From positions 1 through 24,259 of IMG/VR virus record IMGVR_UViG_3300017903_001297: a stretch of DNA of 24,259 nt, one strand, 5' to 3'. How positions within the stretch are numbered: the stretch's first letter is position 1; the number at the start of each line of letters is the position of its first letter. Positions 16,390-24,259 of the stretch are shown piece by piece. This DNA comes from a virus. Lineage: Duplodnaviria > Caudoviricetes. The notes below the pieces were generated by a model. It saw nothing but the letters and a program-made list of their open reading frames with translations, searched no databases and was not told where the DNA came from. The position numbers and the translations under genes were made by a program.

Positions 16390-17762
16390 AATTTAAAATC
16401 CTTAAACTTTGACATCTTATCGTGAACATCAGACTTCTCAAAGACTGGTGTATCATCACTTAGCGTTTGTTCGGACTCATCAGCATCAAACAACCGCATA
16501 CGAGACCGATCAATCCCGACAACAAATCTTTTGTGATATGTAGGATCGTTGTAACGGTTCTTAAGCTGCTTGACCATGATTTGGTTTTGCTGCTCAAGTT
16601 CTTCGGTTGAGATGAGTGCGAACATGAGGTCTGCGGTAGCGGGTAATCCAAAAGATTCAGACGTGTCTTCCAACCCAACATCTGTGTTAGAATAACCACT
16701 GCGAGTTGTTTGCGTTGCAGAGACGACCGGTACGTCGAACTCGACTGCAAGACCTCGTAATTCTTCAGCAATTGCTTTAATGTATGTGTAGGAATTGATC
16801 GATCCACCCATTGCCTTCATCCGTGACGACGCACAGATGTTCAAGTAATCCACGAAGATAATATCTGGCGTGAATTGCTTTTTCAGTTTCAGTTCATTAA
16901 GCAGCGCACGAAAGTGACCTGCATGTGCTGACCCGGTTGGATATTCCTTAACGATCAGTCGACCCGTTGTCTTACGAGACAATGCTTCCACTTTAGACGT
17001 GAACATATCTTTCGTCATACTATCTAGTTGATCGATAGGGACGTTCAATAAGTTAGCATCAATGCGTTCAGCAATGCGCTCTTCTGCCATTTCCATAGTG
17101 ATATAGAGAACATTGTTACCCTCTGCGAGAGCAGCACCACCCACATGACACATGAACAGAGACTTACCCACACCAGTACCAGCAAGGGCAATGTTGAGGG
17201 TCTTGTTTGGCAGTCCACCTTTAGTAATCTTATTGAAGATTTCTAAGTCAAATGGAATTCTAGTTTCTTCACGATGATAGAATTCATACCGCTGTTCGGC
17301 ATTGCTAATATAATCGTGACCAACATTAGTATCAAAAGCAACACCCAGCGCCTTCGTCAAAAGGTCTGGGAGTGCGTTCTTTGTAAGCGTGTCGTGTTTA
17401 CCATCAATGATGCTGATAGACTCCATGACCGCATTAAAGATTGCACGATCCTGGCACCACTTCTCAGTGTTCTCTAACAACCACTGTGGGTCAACATCAT
17501 CACCTTCAAAGAGACCTTCAGCAACATCTACAGCAGTAGTAAATTGCTCATTGGATAGATTTGAATGCTCGTTTAGTTCAACGAGAAAAGTCTCTTTGGT
17601 AGGTAGTTTGTTATACTTTGCTACGAACTTACCTGCTTCTTTAAATAGAGTTCGGTATGGTCCTTCAAAGTATTCTGGTTTGACGAAAGGTAGAACCTTT
17701 CGCATAAAATCTTCATCGGTGAGAAGATTACGCAGAATTGTCTGTTCTATTCGTAAATTCAA
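16386..17762 (-). CDS. gp41: Replicative DNA helicase (T4 gp41, DnaB-like)
   Basis: AGTGVGKS, ITMEMAE, VDYLNI, ATQTTR, SESFGLP, QLKNRY; likely TTG start 17762. Confidence 0.96.
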   Translation of the reverse strand: MNLRIEQTILRNLLTDEDFMRKVLPFVKPEYFEGPYRTLFKEAGKFVAKYNKLPTKETFLVELNEHSNLSNEQFTTAVDVAEGLFEGDDVDPQWLLENTEKWCQDRAIFNAVMESISIIDGKHDTLTKNALPDLLTKALGVAFDTNVGHDYISNAEQRYEFYHREETRIPFDLEIFNKITKGGLPNKTLNIALAGTGVGKSLFMCHVGGAALAEGNNVLYITMEMAEERIAERIDANLLNVPIDQLDSMTKDMFTSKVEALSRKTTGRLIVKEYPTGSAHAGHFRALLNELKLKKQFTPDIIFVDYLNICASSRMKAMGGSINSYTYIKAIAEELRGLAVEFDVPVVSATQTTRSGYSNTDVGLEDTSESFGLPATADLMFALISTEELEQQNQIMVKQLKNRYNDPTYHKRFVVGIDRSRMRLFDADESEQTLSDDTPVFEKSDVHDKMSKFKDFKL

Positions 17763-18078
17763 TGTCTTCCCCTGTCTCTTGGTCTTGACCGGCAATGTAA
17801 CCGGACTCCATTCCAGATGCAATAACTGAAATCAGAAGTTCCCCTACATGCTCTTGCAGGTCTTCATTGTCAATTCTTGCCTCAACAGGATCAGGTGTTT
17901 CCACAACTTCGAAATTGAACGAAAGGTTTTCGTCTGAAAGGGAAACTGTATCAATCTGGACAACAGTTTCTACAAATTCCCCTTTGAGGATTCTGATTGC
18001 CCATGCGTCCTTTACGTCAACATGGGTAATCAGTTCATAATCTTCATTTTCGACTAGTAAGTTCAAGTCGTCACTCAT
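17728..18078 (-). CDS. Acidic protein, probable gp40-like (head vertex assembly chaperone position)
   Basis: Between uvsX and 41 as in T4; similar size; call rests mainly on synteny. Confidence 0.55.
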   Translation of the reverse strand: MSDDLNLLVENEDYELITHVDVKDAWAIRILKGEFVETVVQIDTVSLSDENLSFNFEVVETPDPVEARIDNEDLQEHVGELLISVIASGMESGYIAGQDQETGEDIEFTNRTDNSA

Positions 18079-19108
18079 CAATACCCTCAATAATAGTGTT
18101 GCCACCAATTTGGTAAGCTTGTTTCACAAAGTCTTTAAAGTCTGTACCCTCTAGGATAGGTTGCCAGAACTCTTTTTCACGGGTCTGTTTCTCTCGAACC
18201 TTTGGTTCCATGAGTTCGCCAGTATCCCGATCAACCCGACAATACCACCCGTTGCTAGGCTTAGCAACATATTCACCAGCCAAAGCGATATCAAGAAGAC
18301 CAGACCAATGCTCAACCCCACCATCCCAAGACACTGAGATAGGAATTTTTGACTTCTCTTTAACATACCGTGACTTCTCTACATTGATGATGAAATCATA
18401 ACCTGTGACTTCGGTGCCAGTCTTGTTCTGACGGCGACCCAAAATCCAGATGTTATCAGCAGAGTAGTAGATACCAGTACCACCAGATACAACATCCTTC
18501 GGGAACAATCCGATTTCTTTGTATGTATGGTTAATGGCGATCAGTGGAATGTTCTTCATGTTGAGATATGGGGTCGTCATACGGAACAAACCCTTGAGTG
18601 CCTTAGCACGAGACATATCTGCAACAGACTTTTCGTTCATAGCATCTTCGAGTTCTTTCTTGGATGCCAAGTTACCTACCGAGTCGATGATGAAGATGAC
18701 GTTGTCTTTGCGATCCAGTCCTTCCATCTGAGCAATGATGTCAAACTTCAGTTCTTCAACATTGGTGATAGGCGTATGGAGGACACGACTAGTGTCAATT
18801 CCATATTGTTCGAAGTATGCTTGGGGTGAACCAAACTCCGAATCATAGAAAATCATTACAGCATCTTCATACTTCTTCAAATATGCTGCTGCCATGATAA
18901 GAGCAAACGATGTCTTAAAGTGCTTGGATGGACCTGCCAATACAGTCAGACCTGGTGCCAATCCGCCATCGATAGAACCTGACAATGCGACGTTGACCAT
19001 AGGCACGTCAGTCGTAATCAGATCCTTATCATTAAAAAACTTAGACTCAGTAAGAACTTCGGTTTCTTTGATCTTACTGTTCTTCTTCAACTTATCCATA
19101 ATGGACAT
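18071..19108 (-). CDS. uvsX: RecA-like recombinase UvsX
   Basis: AGPSKHFKT, YDSEFG, IDSVGNLASKKE, SGGTG. Confidence 0.96.
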   Translation of the reverse strand: MSIMDKLKKNSKIKETEVLTESKFFNDKDLITTDVPMVNVALSGSIDGGLAPGLTVLAGPSKHFKTSFALIMAAAYLKKYEDAVMIFYDSEFGSPQAYFEQYGIDTSRVLHTPITNVEELKFDIIAQMEGLDRKDNVIFIIDSVGNLASKKELEDAMNEKSVADMSRAKALKGLFRMTTPYLNMKNIPLIAINHTYKEIGLFPKDVVSGGTGIYYSADNIWILGRRQNKTGTEVTGYDFIINVEKSRYVKEKSKIPISVSWDGGVEHWSGLLDIALAGEYVAKPSNGWYCRVDRDTGELMEPKVREKQTREKEFWQPILEGTDFKDFVKQAYQIGGNTIIEGIDE

Positions 19109-19120
19109 ACGCAAATTCCT

Positions 19121-19282
19121 CTAAGCGTTTCGTTTTATGTAATATGCCATATTTTCTTCTAGTAACTTCACCCTTTTATGCAACTCATTAACCTGTTGAG
19201 TCAAGTGTACTTCAGTGCGTTCTTCTTTTTTCTTAGAATCAATACGCATTTGTTCTCTGATATATTCCTGAGTTGAAGACAT
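19121..19282 (-). CDS. Small coiled-coil protein, 53 aa (MSSTQEYIRE...KRNA), absent from ORF track
   Basis: GAGGA RBS; fills the gap between ugd-like gene and uvsX. Confidence 0.7.
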   Translation of the reverse strand: MSSTQEYIREQMRIDSKKKEERTEVHLTQQVNELHKRVKLLEENMAYYIKRNA

Positions 19283-19286
19283 AATA

Positions 19287-20075
19287 CTATCCTCTAGAAC
19301 GATGTTTGTTGTTGATTTCTCTTACTGCTCTAATAAGAGGTAAATCGGTATTGTTGCGTTCAGCATATGATACAAATGCTGCGGTGTCTTTTGGCAAACA
19401 ATGTCCACCCCACCCAAACTTTCCATCATACCCTGGAACCTGATTATGGGAATGTCCAATGCGTGGGTCAATCCCTAAAGCAAACACTGTTGCGTCATAG
19501 TCAAGTTCTGGATGCACTCTCTTCATCAGATAGTGAAGGTCATTGAAGAATGTCACTCGCATTGCAAGGAACGAATTCTCTGCATATTTTACATAACCTG
19601 CCTCTACAATGTCGATGCTAACAGTGGTGTTCAACACCAAGCATTGTTTGAATACATCAATCCAATACTGACACTGGTCATCCTCACCACCGATAATCAT
19701 CTTATCTTCTGAAAGGAAGTCTTCGACAGAATGTCGCCCACGCAAGAACTCTGGCGAGAAAGTTACGTTGGGGTATTCTTTTTTGAAAAGTTCTAGGGTA
19801 GGGATATCGGTTGTCGACTTGACCAAGATAGGTTTGGTCTTTCCGATAGTATCCACGGTCTTGGTGACAATTGATGTGTCACAACTGCCGTCTTTATTCT
19901 GTGGTGTCGGAACACATATGATTGCTGCATCACATGTTTCCATGACTTCCCAAAGAATCTGGTTATATTCTTCATATCCAGGGTCAACGATGTCATAGTC
20001 AATGTCGTCACCCCGGTCGAATGCTGCAACCATTGCTTTGCCGACGTAACCATAACCAACAACGCAAATTTTCAT
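19287..20075 (-). CDS. UDP-glucose/GDP-mannose dehydrogenase family protein lacking the C-terminal domain
   Basis: VVGYGYVG, ICVPTP, KST, PEFL, KYAENSFLA, GGHCLPKD. Confidence 0.9.
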   Translation of the reverse strand: MKICVVGYGYVGKAMVAAFDRGDDIDYDIVDPGYEEYNQILWEVMETCDAAIICVPTPQNKDGSCDTSIVTKTVDTIGKTKPILVKSTTDIPTLELFKKEYPNVTFSPEFLRGRHSVEDFLSEDKMIIGGEDDQCQYWIDVFKQCLVLNTTVSIDIVEAGYVKYAENSFLAMRVTFFNDLHYLMKRVHPELDYDATVFALGIDPRIGHSHNQVPGYDGKFGWGGHCLPKDTAAFVSYAERNNTDLPLIRAVREINNKHRSRG

Positions 20076-20086
20076 TTCACATTCCC

Positions 20087-21016
20087 TCAAGCATTTTTAT
20101 AAACGTATTCCAAGGCACGATCTGCCTCTTTGGATAACGGACGGTTCTTGTACCAGTTACCAGTCTCACTATCGAACTGTCGACACAACTGCGAGATTTC
20201 GTCTGCGGTAATGGCATATTTGTTTTTGATTGCATTACCTGCAACCGCAACCATAATCTGATACATCTTATGATACCAACCGGTACTCGTAATCGTCTGA
20301 TACTCTGCCGCAAGGTTCTTTGGCCAGAATGGACAGTCTTGATACGAACTCCAATGGTACTCCTTATCTAGCTTGCTTTTGCGATACTCAATTATCTGCT
20401 CTTGCATTGCTTTGGGGAGACGGTCAAAGAAGTTGTTACTATCCACCTTCTCTGGCATTGGATGTTTGCGTATTAGATCATTAGGGACAATAGTGCGCCC
20501 GTCACGATTACTGAAAATAAAGTTGTACGCACCAGTGTACGTCGCAGGGATGTAATACATTCGAGATAGATCTTTAGTCTGTCTGTCTGCGAGATCCCCG
20601 AGCTGTACGTTAAGGGCGTACCAGAACGATTTGATCCGATCCCTTCCAACCGGTTCGCTAAGTGGAAACACAAGTCTAAACTTTGGCGCATTGCTTGTAC
20701 TACTTGCAGTAGAATAACAAATAAACCGATAATCACCAAAGCGATCCACCAAGACATCTTCTAAATTCCCTTCAACTATAAAATCATCAACATCCACGGC
20801 ACACCAACCTGCCCACTCAGTAACATTGTCGTTAGACCGAGTGGAATCAGGTTGATATACAGCGGGAGAGATTAATTGTGCGTCTTTCTTTGACTCTAGC
20901 GGTTTCTCTGCTAGATCGTACAGCATTTTTTCAAAAGCATCGAAGTCTTTCAAGTCCATCTTACGATGAGTCTTGTTGTCAAAGATGTTCTTGAATATGG
21001 TCAACGAGTAAGTCAT
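20087..21016 (-). CDS. Primase-polymerase (AEP superfamily)-like protein with helical C-terminal domain
   Basis: AVDVDD, YSTASS...PKFRLVFPL, D...DLSRMYY. Confidence 0.7.
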   Translation of the reverse strand: MTYSLTIFKNIFDNKTHRKMDLKDFDAFEKMLYDLAEKPLESKKDAQLISPAVYQPDSTRSNDNVTEWAGWCAVDVDDFIVEGNLEDVLVDRFGDYRFICYSTASSTSNAPKFRLVFPLSEPVGRDRIKSFWYALNVQLGDLADRQTKDLSRMYYIPATYTGAYNFIFSNRDGRTIVPNDLIRKHPMPEKVDSNNFFDRLPKAMQEQIIEYRKSKLDKEYHWSSYQDCPFWPKNLAAEYQTITSTGWYHKMYQIMVAVAGNAIKNKYAITADEISQLCRQFDSETGNWYKNRPLSKEADRALEYVYKNA

Positions 21017-21633
21017 TTGACCTTTATACTGTGGATAATGTAGAGAATCAACTGCTTCATAGCATGTTTGAAAAAACTACCAGCATTCTTGTGACCTTTG
21101 GGGTCTGCAACAAAGGGTTTCTCTGGTTCGAATGTTCCGAATGTAATATCTTCGGGTTTCACGATCCAGGACAACTGGTCAGTCGGAATGGAAGCATTCA
21201 ATGAACCTCTAGTCTCTTGCAGAAACGGTTCCATGTCTTCGGTCTTTATGACACCCATGGATTTGTCATCAGAGAAAATATAATAATCTGAACCATCATC
21301 ACCAATCTCACACTTCTTTCCCCGTGCGTTCTTGATAACATATGATTGCGTTTTTCTTCGGAGGTTGCCAATGGGGGTGTATAATGCGCCGGTGGAATAC
21401 TTGAATTCCACAGGGAAACCCTCTTTCTGGTCGTAAAAGTCCTTGCCGACATCGTCGATGTGGTCTAAATGACCCTCTGAGTATTCTTGGATTGCAGTCT
21501 CAAGGATATTCGCTTTTATAAACAGGTCTGCTCGTTGGTTTAAATGGTTTCCTAGCGAGTGGACCAGTGTATAGAATTTGTTAGTGTCAATTTCTTTTGA
21601 TAATGATCTAGCGTAATCTTCTGTTGTTGTCAT
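21013..21633 (-). CDS. Hypothetical protein, possible PD-(D/E)xK nuclease
   Basis: ILE...GKDF...VEFK pattern; follows two methyltransferases. Confidence 0.45.
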   Translation of the reverse strand: MTTTEDYARSLSKEIDTNKFYTLVHSLGNHLNQRADLFIKANILETAIQEYSEGHLDHIDDVGKDFYDQKEGFPVEFKYSTGALYTPIGNLRRKTQSYVIKNARGKKCEIGDDGSDYYIFSDDKSMGVIKTEDMEPFLQETRGSLNASIPTDQLSWIVKPEDITFGTFEPEKPFVADPKGHKNAGSFFKHAMKQLILYIIHSIKVK

Positions 21634-21659
21634 AAAAAGTCTTCCAGGGTGAGGGCAGA

Positions 21660-22163
21660 TTAATTATCGACCCAATAAATTTGGTTTGGGGGCATAAAAC
21701 CATGAATAAACCAAGCAACCCCAAATGTGGGCGCTTTTTTTCCAGTGAAATCAATCCTGCGGTTGTACACTAGTGCGGACATCCCATGCTTCATAAACAT
21801 CTCACCACGATTTTGCCCCTGAAAGGCGGCAACGGGTAGTAAAAGAGCAAAGGGTTTTCCAAGATGATAGCAATGTTCTAAAAAATCATCCTTTTTACTA
21901 TAGGGTGGGTTAGTGACAACACCGTCAAAAACATCATCGGCAGTGCAGTCAAAAAAATTCTTACCCTCACTGGATTTTATAGAGTAACCAGCAGAGGCGA
22001 ACCCTTCCACTATCTGAGACGATGTACCAGAGGTTGCTTCATAATATGTTTTAGATTTATCCAAGTATGGCAGTAACGGTAAAACTTCGCTTGGTGGAGT
22101 GTAACATTCATCTGACTCAGCATTGGTTCCTAATCTGTTAATAAAATCGCTGTAATTGGTCAT
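21660..22163 (-). CDS. Small amino (N6-adenine-type) DNA methyltransferase
   Basis: SDECYTP, YEATSG, VTNPPYS. Confidence 0.8.
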   Translation of the reverse strand: MTNYSDFINRLGTNAESDECYTPPSEVLPLLPYLDKSKTYYEATSGTSSQIVEGFASAGYSIKSSEGKNFFDCTADDVFDGVVTNPPYSKKDDFLEHCYHLGKPFALLLPVAAFQGQNRGEMFMKHGMSALVYNRRIDFTGKKAPTFGVAWFIHGFMPPNQIYWVDN

Positions 22164-23050
22164 ATCATAAAATCCTCAAGCGTGTTAATACCAGTATCAT
22201 AATTTATACACAGAAGTTCCTTACGGTCTTTCTGTGCTTTGTTGTATTTGTCAGTGTTGGTACGCATGGTGTATGTCAAATCCCATTCCTTCTGGTTCCA
22301 ACCAGAGAAAAGGTTACGAATATTCTCATTGGAATTGTAAGTAACCATCATCATTGCTTTGTGGTTACTTAGTTGTTGTGAGAATTCGACATGATTGAAG
22401 CCTTTGTGCATGGACCCCTTCTTGCCATACAATGATTCACCATCAACCCCTGAGATGGTATAGTCTTTCTTTAGGTCATATGGCGGGTCCAAGAAGATGA
22501 AGGTATCTTCATCGTCTGTAAGCAACTCCGAATAATCCAGATTGGTAATCTTCCAATTCTTGATTAGACTTGTGTAATAAGGGAGAGAGTTGATTGTCGG
22601 CAAAGTCCAATTGTTAGTGGATGCCTGTGCCGAGAATGATGAACTTTCGGTCAATCCTGAGAACGAACACCGATTGATGATGTACATGCGCCACGCAATG
22701 TTAAACGGTTCGGTCTGCTCAGTGATATCTTCTTTAATTCTCTGAAACAGTTTGCGCGAGTCTTCAATCTCTGGACACATGCTACGGTAATTCAGCACAG
22801 TCTCATAGAGACGTTTGCCATCGTTTTGTAAACAGTCCCAGAAGCAATAAAGATTGTAGTATAGATCATTGATCCATATCGGCGTGTCTGGATTTGCCTT
22901 AGCAAACGCAACAGCAGGACTACCACCACCAATGAATGGTTCACGGTATTCCTTTATCTTACGTTCAGGCATATTCTCACGATTAAACAAAAAGTTTGTT
23001 GCTCGTGATTTACCCCCCGGATACCGAAGTGGAGTCTTAAACTTTTTCAT
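22160..23050 (-). CDS. dam: Dam-family (D12 class) adenine methyltransferase
   Basis: RYPGGKS, EPFIGGGS, IND, LDPPY. Confidence 0.92.
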   Translation of the reverse strand: MKKFKTPLRYPGGKSRATNFLFNRENMPERKIKEYREPFIGGGSPAVAFAKANPDTPIWINDLYYNLYCFWDCLQNDGKRLYETVLNYRSMCPEIEDSRKLFQRIKEDITEQTEPFNIAWRMYIINRCSFSGLTESSSFSAQASTNNWTLPTINSLPYYTSLIKNWKITNLDYSELLTDDEDTFIFLDPPYDLKKDYTISGVDGESLYGKKGSMHKGFNHVEFSQQLSNHKAMMMVTYNSNENIRNLFSGWNQKEWDLTYTMRTNTDKYNKAQKDRKELLCINYDTGINTLEDFMI

Positions 23051-23523
23051 TACACGATGTCCGATGCCCTGCGTTCACTTTCCTGTAGGTCAATGCCTTC
23101 CCAAATAATCCACTCAACTTCTTCTTCCTCAAACCCCAGACTTTCGAAGAAGTCATATTTAGAGTAGTCGTCAAGATCTGTAGCAATGTCCCATTGGTCT
23201 AGGATGTTTTCTCTTTGCAGTGGAGTCCATCCATCACCTTCAAAAACGATTTGTTCGCCCCCGCCATCATAACTGGCATCTAAGAAGGCATTTGTAAAAT
23301 CATTTGTTTGAAACGCATCACCATTCACGCAGTCATGCAGTAGTTCTACTTCGCTCTCGTCAACAGGAACGACCGTTAACTCGGCACGTTTCCAGTTCAA
23401 GTTAAGGACAATCGAAAGATCTCTTTCTCCGTTGTAGAAAGTTATGCTTTCTTGAGTTTCATACTTTTTTTGGGGGAATACATCATAGACTCTTCCCACT
23501 TGGATGTCGATGCGATGGTTCAT
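23050..23523 (-). CDS. Acidic hypothetical protein
   Basis: 157-aa ORF coupled to the dam start. Confidence 0.75.
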   Translation of the reverse strand: MNHRIDIQVGRVYDVFPQKKYETQESITFYNGERDLSIVLNLNWKRAELTVVPVDESEVELLHDCVNGDAFQTNDFTNAFLDASYDGGGEQIVFEGDGWTPLQRENILDQWDIATDLDDYSKYDFFESLGFEEEEVEWIIWEGIDLQESERRASDIV

Positions 23524-23561
23524 GAGCAGGACAGTATCACACTTTTAAACTCTTTTCAATG

Positions 23562-23569
23562 TATAAATA
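23562..23569 (+). promoter_or_regulatory. T4-type late promoter
   Basis: Exact TATAAATA 28 nt before ATG 23598. Confidence 0.85.
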
Positions 23570-23597
23570 GAGTAAAATATTTTTTTAGGAAAATGTA

Positions 23598-24259
23598 ATG
23601 GCACGAAATCAGTACTTAGAGCATCATGGTATCGAAATTGCTGCGGAACGAGTTGTAAACACCGACCATATCAACAAGTTTGGTTATAACTCTTCGGTTG
23701 GTTCTTCATATGAACCCATCACTGATCTTGGTACGAATAACTTACCGTCATCTGCTGCTGTTGTTTCAGTTGTTTCGGCATCTACAGCAGACACATCTGC
23801 TGGCACTGGTGCTCGTACAGTAGAAATTCAAGGTCTCGATGGTGACTACAACCTAAAAACAGAAACTGTAACCATGAATGGTCAGTCGGCAGTAACTACT
23901 ACTGCTACTTTTATTCGTGTGTTTAGAATGCGGGTTGCAACTGCTGGCACTGGCGAAACTAATGCCGGTAATATTACAGCATCTATTTCTTCTTCGGATG
24001 TTGCTCGTATTAGTGCAGGCGAAGGTCAAACTCTTATGGCTGTCTATACTGTACCAGCCGGTAAGACGGCATACCTTGTTAAGTTTCAAGGTTCATTGTC
24101 TAAAAACCAAGAGGCAAACTTTCAACTTAGAGCAAAAGAAGTTGGTGGTGCTTGGAATGTAAAAGGTTTATGGGGAACCTATGCGGCATCTGTTAATTAT
24201 GACTATCCAATTCCTTTAGCGTTTGAATCTAAAACTGACATTCAAATTAGAGGTAAAGC
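23598..24259 (+). CDS. Probable virion structural protein, runs off the window (absent from ORF track)
   Basis: MARNQYLEHH...INKFGYN...GTGARTVEIQGLD...YTVPAGKT; A/T/S/G-rich beta protein, AGGA RBS, late promoter. Confidence 0.8.
   Translation, partial: MARNQYLEHHGIEIAAERVVNTDHINKFGYNSSVGSSYEPITDLGTNNLPSSAAVVSVVSASTADTSAGTGARTVEIQGLDGDYNLKTETVTMNGQSAVTTTATFIRVFRMRVATAGTGETNAGNITASISSSDVARISAGEGQTLMAVYTVPAGKTAYLVKFQGSLSKNQEANFQLRAKEVGGAWNVKGLWGTYAASVNYDYPIPLAFESKTDIQIRGK

Noticed and set aside
23853-24162. Two short ORFs in the ORF track
   Set aside because: They lie within the longer open + frame starting at 23598
1-24259. CRISPR array, intron, intein, transposase, stop-codon recoding
   Set aside because: No spaced repeats seen; core genes are of normal length and uninterrupted under the standard code

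Overview
A 24 kb piece of a T4-like (myovirus-type) phage genome, probably marine and infecting an alphaproteobacterium (inferred from a two-piece tmRNA and a small outer-membrane barrel). Core genes: 3' part of gp43 DNA polymerase, MazG-like pyrophosphatase, spanin pair, ThyX, gp41 helicase, gp40-like, UvsX, Dam. TATAAATA late promoters mark the late genes. Accessory content: (1) cupin + KdsA; (2) a minus-strand enzyme cassette (2-3 Fe/2OG-type oxygenases, methyltransferase, fatty-acid desaturase, di-iron ferritin-like, GNAT-like, SDR); (3) a circularly permuted tmRNA (tag ANDNFVSSDYALAA) preceded by an unexplained structured RNA that copies the tmRNA junction sequences; (4) a late operon of five secreted, Cys-paired proteins including pilin-like and chaperone-like members but no usher; (5) UDP-glucose dehydrogenase, a PrimPol-like protein, and two adenine methyltransferases plus a PD-(D/E)xK-like protein. 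All calls come from reading motifs by eye; no searches were run.
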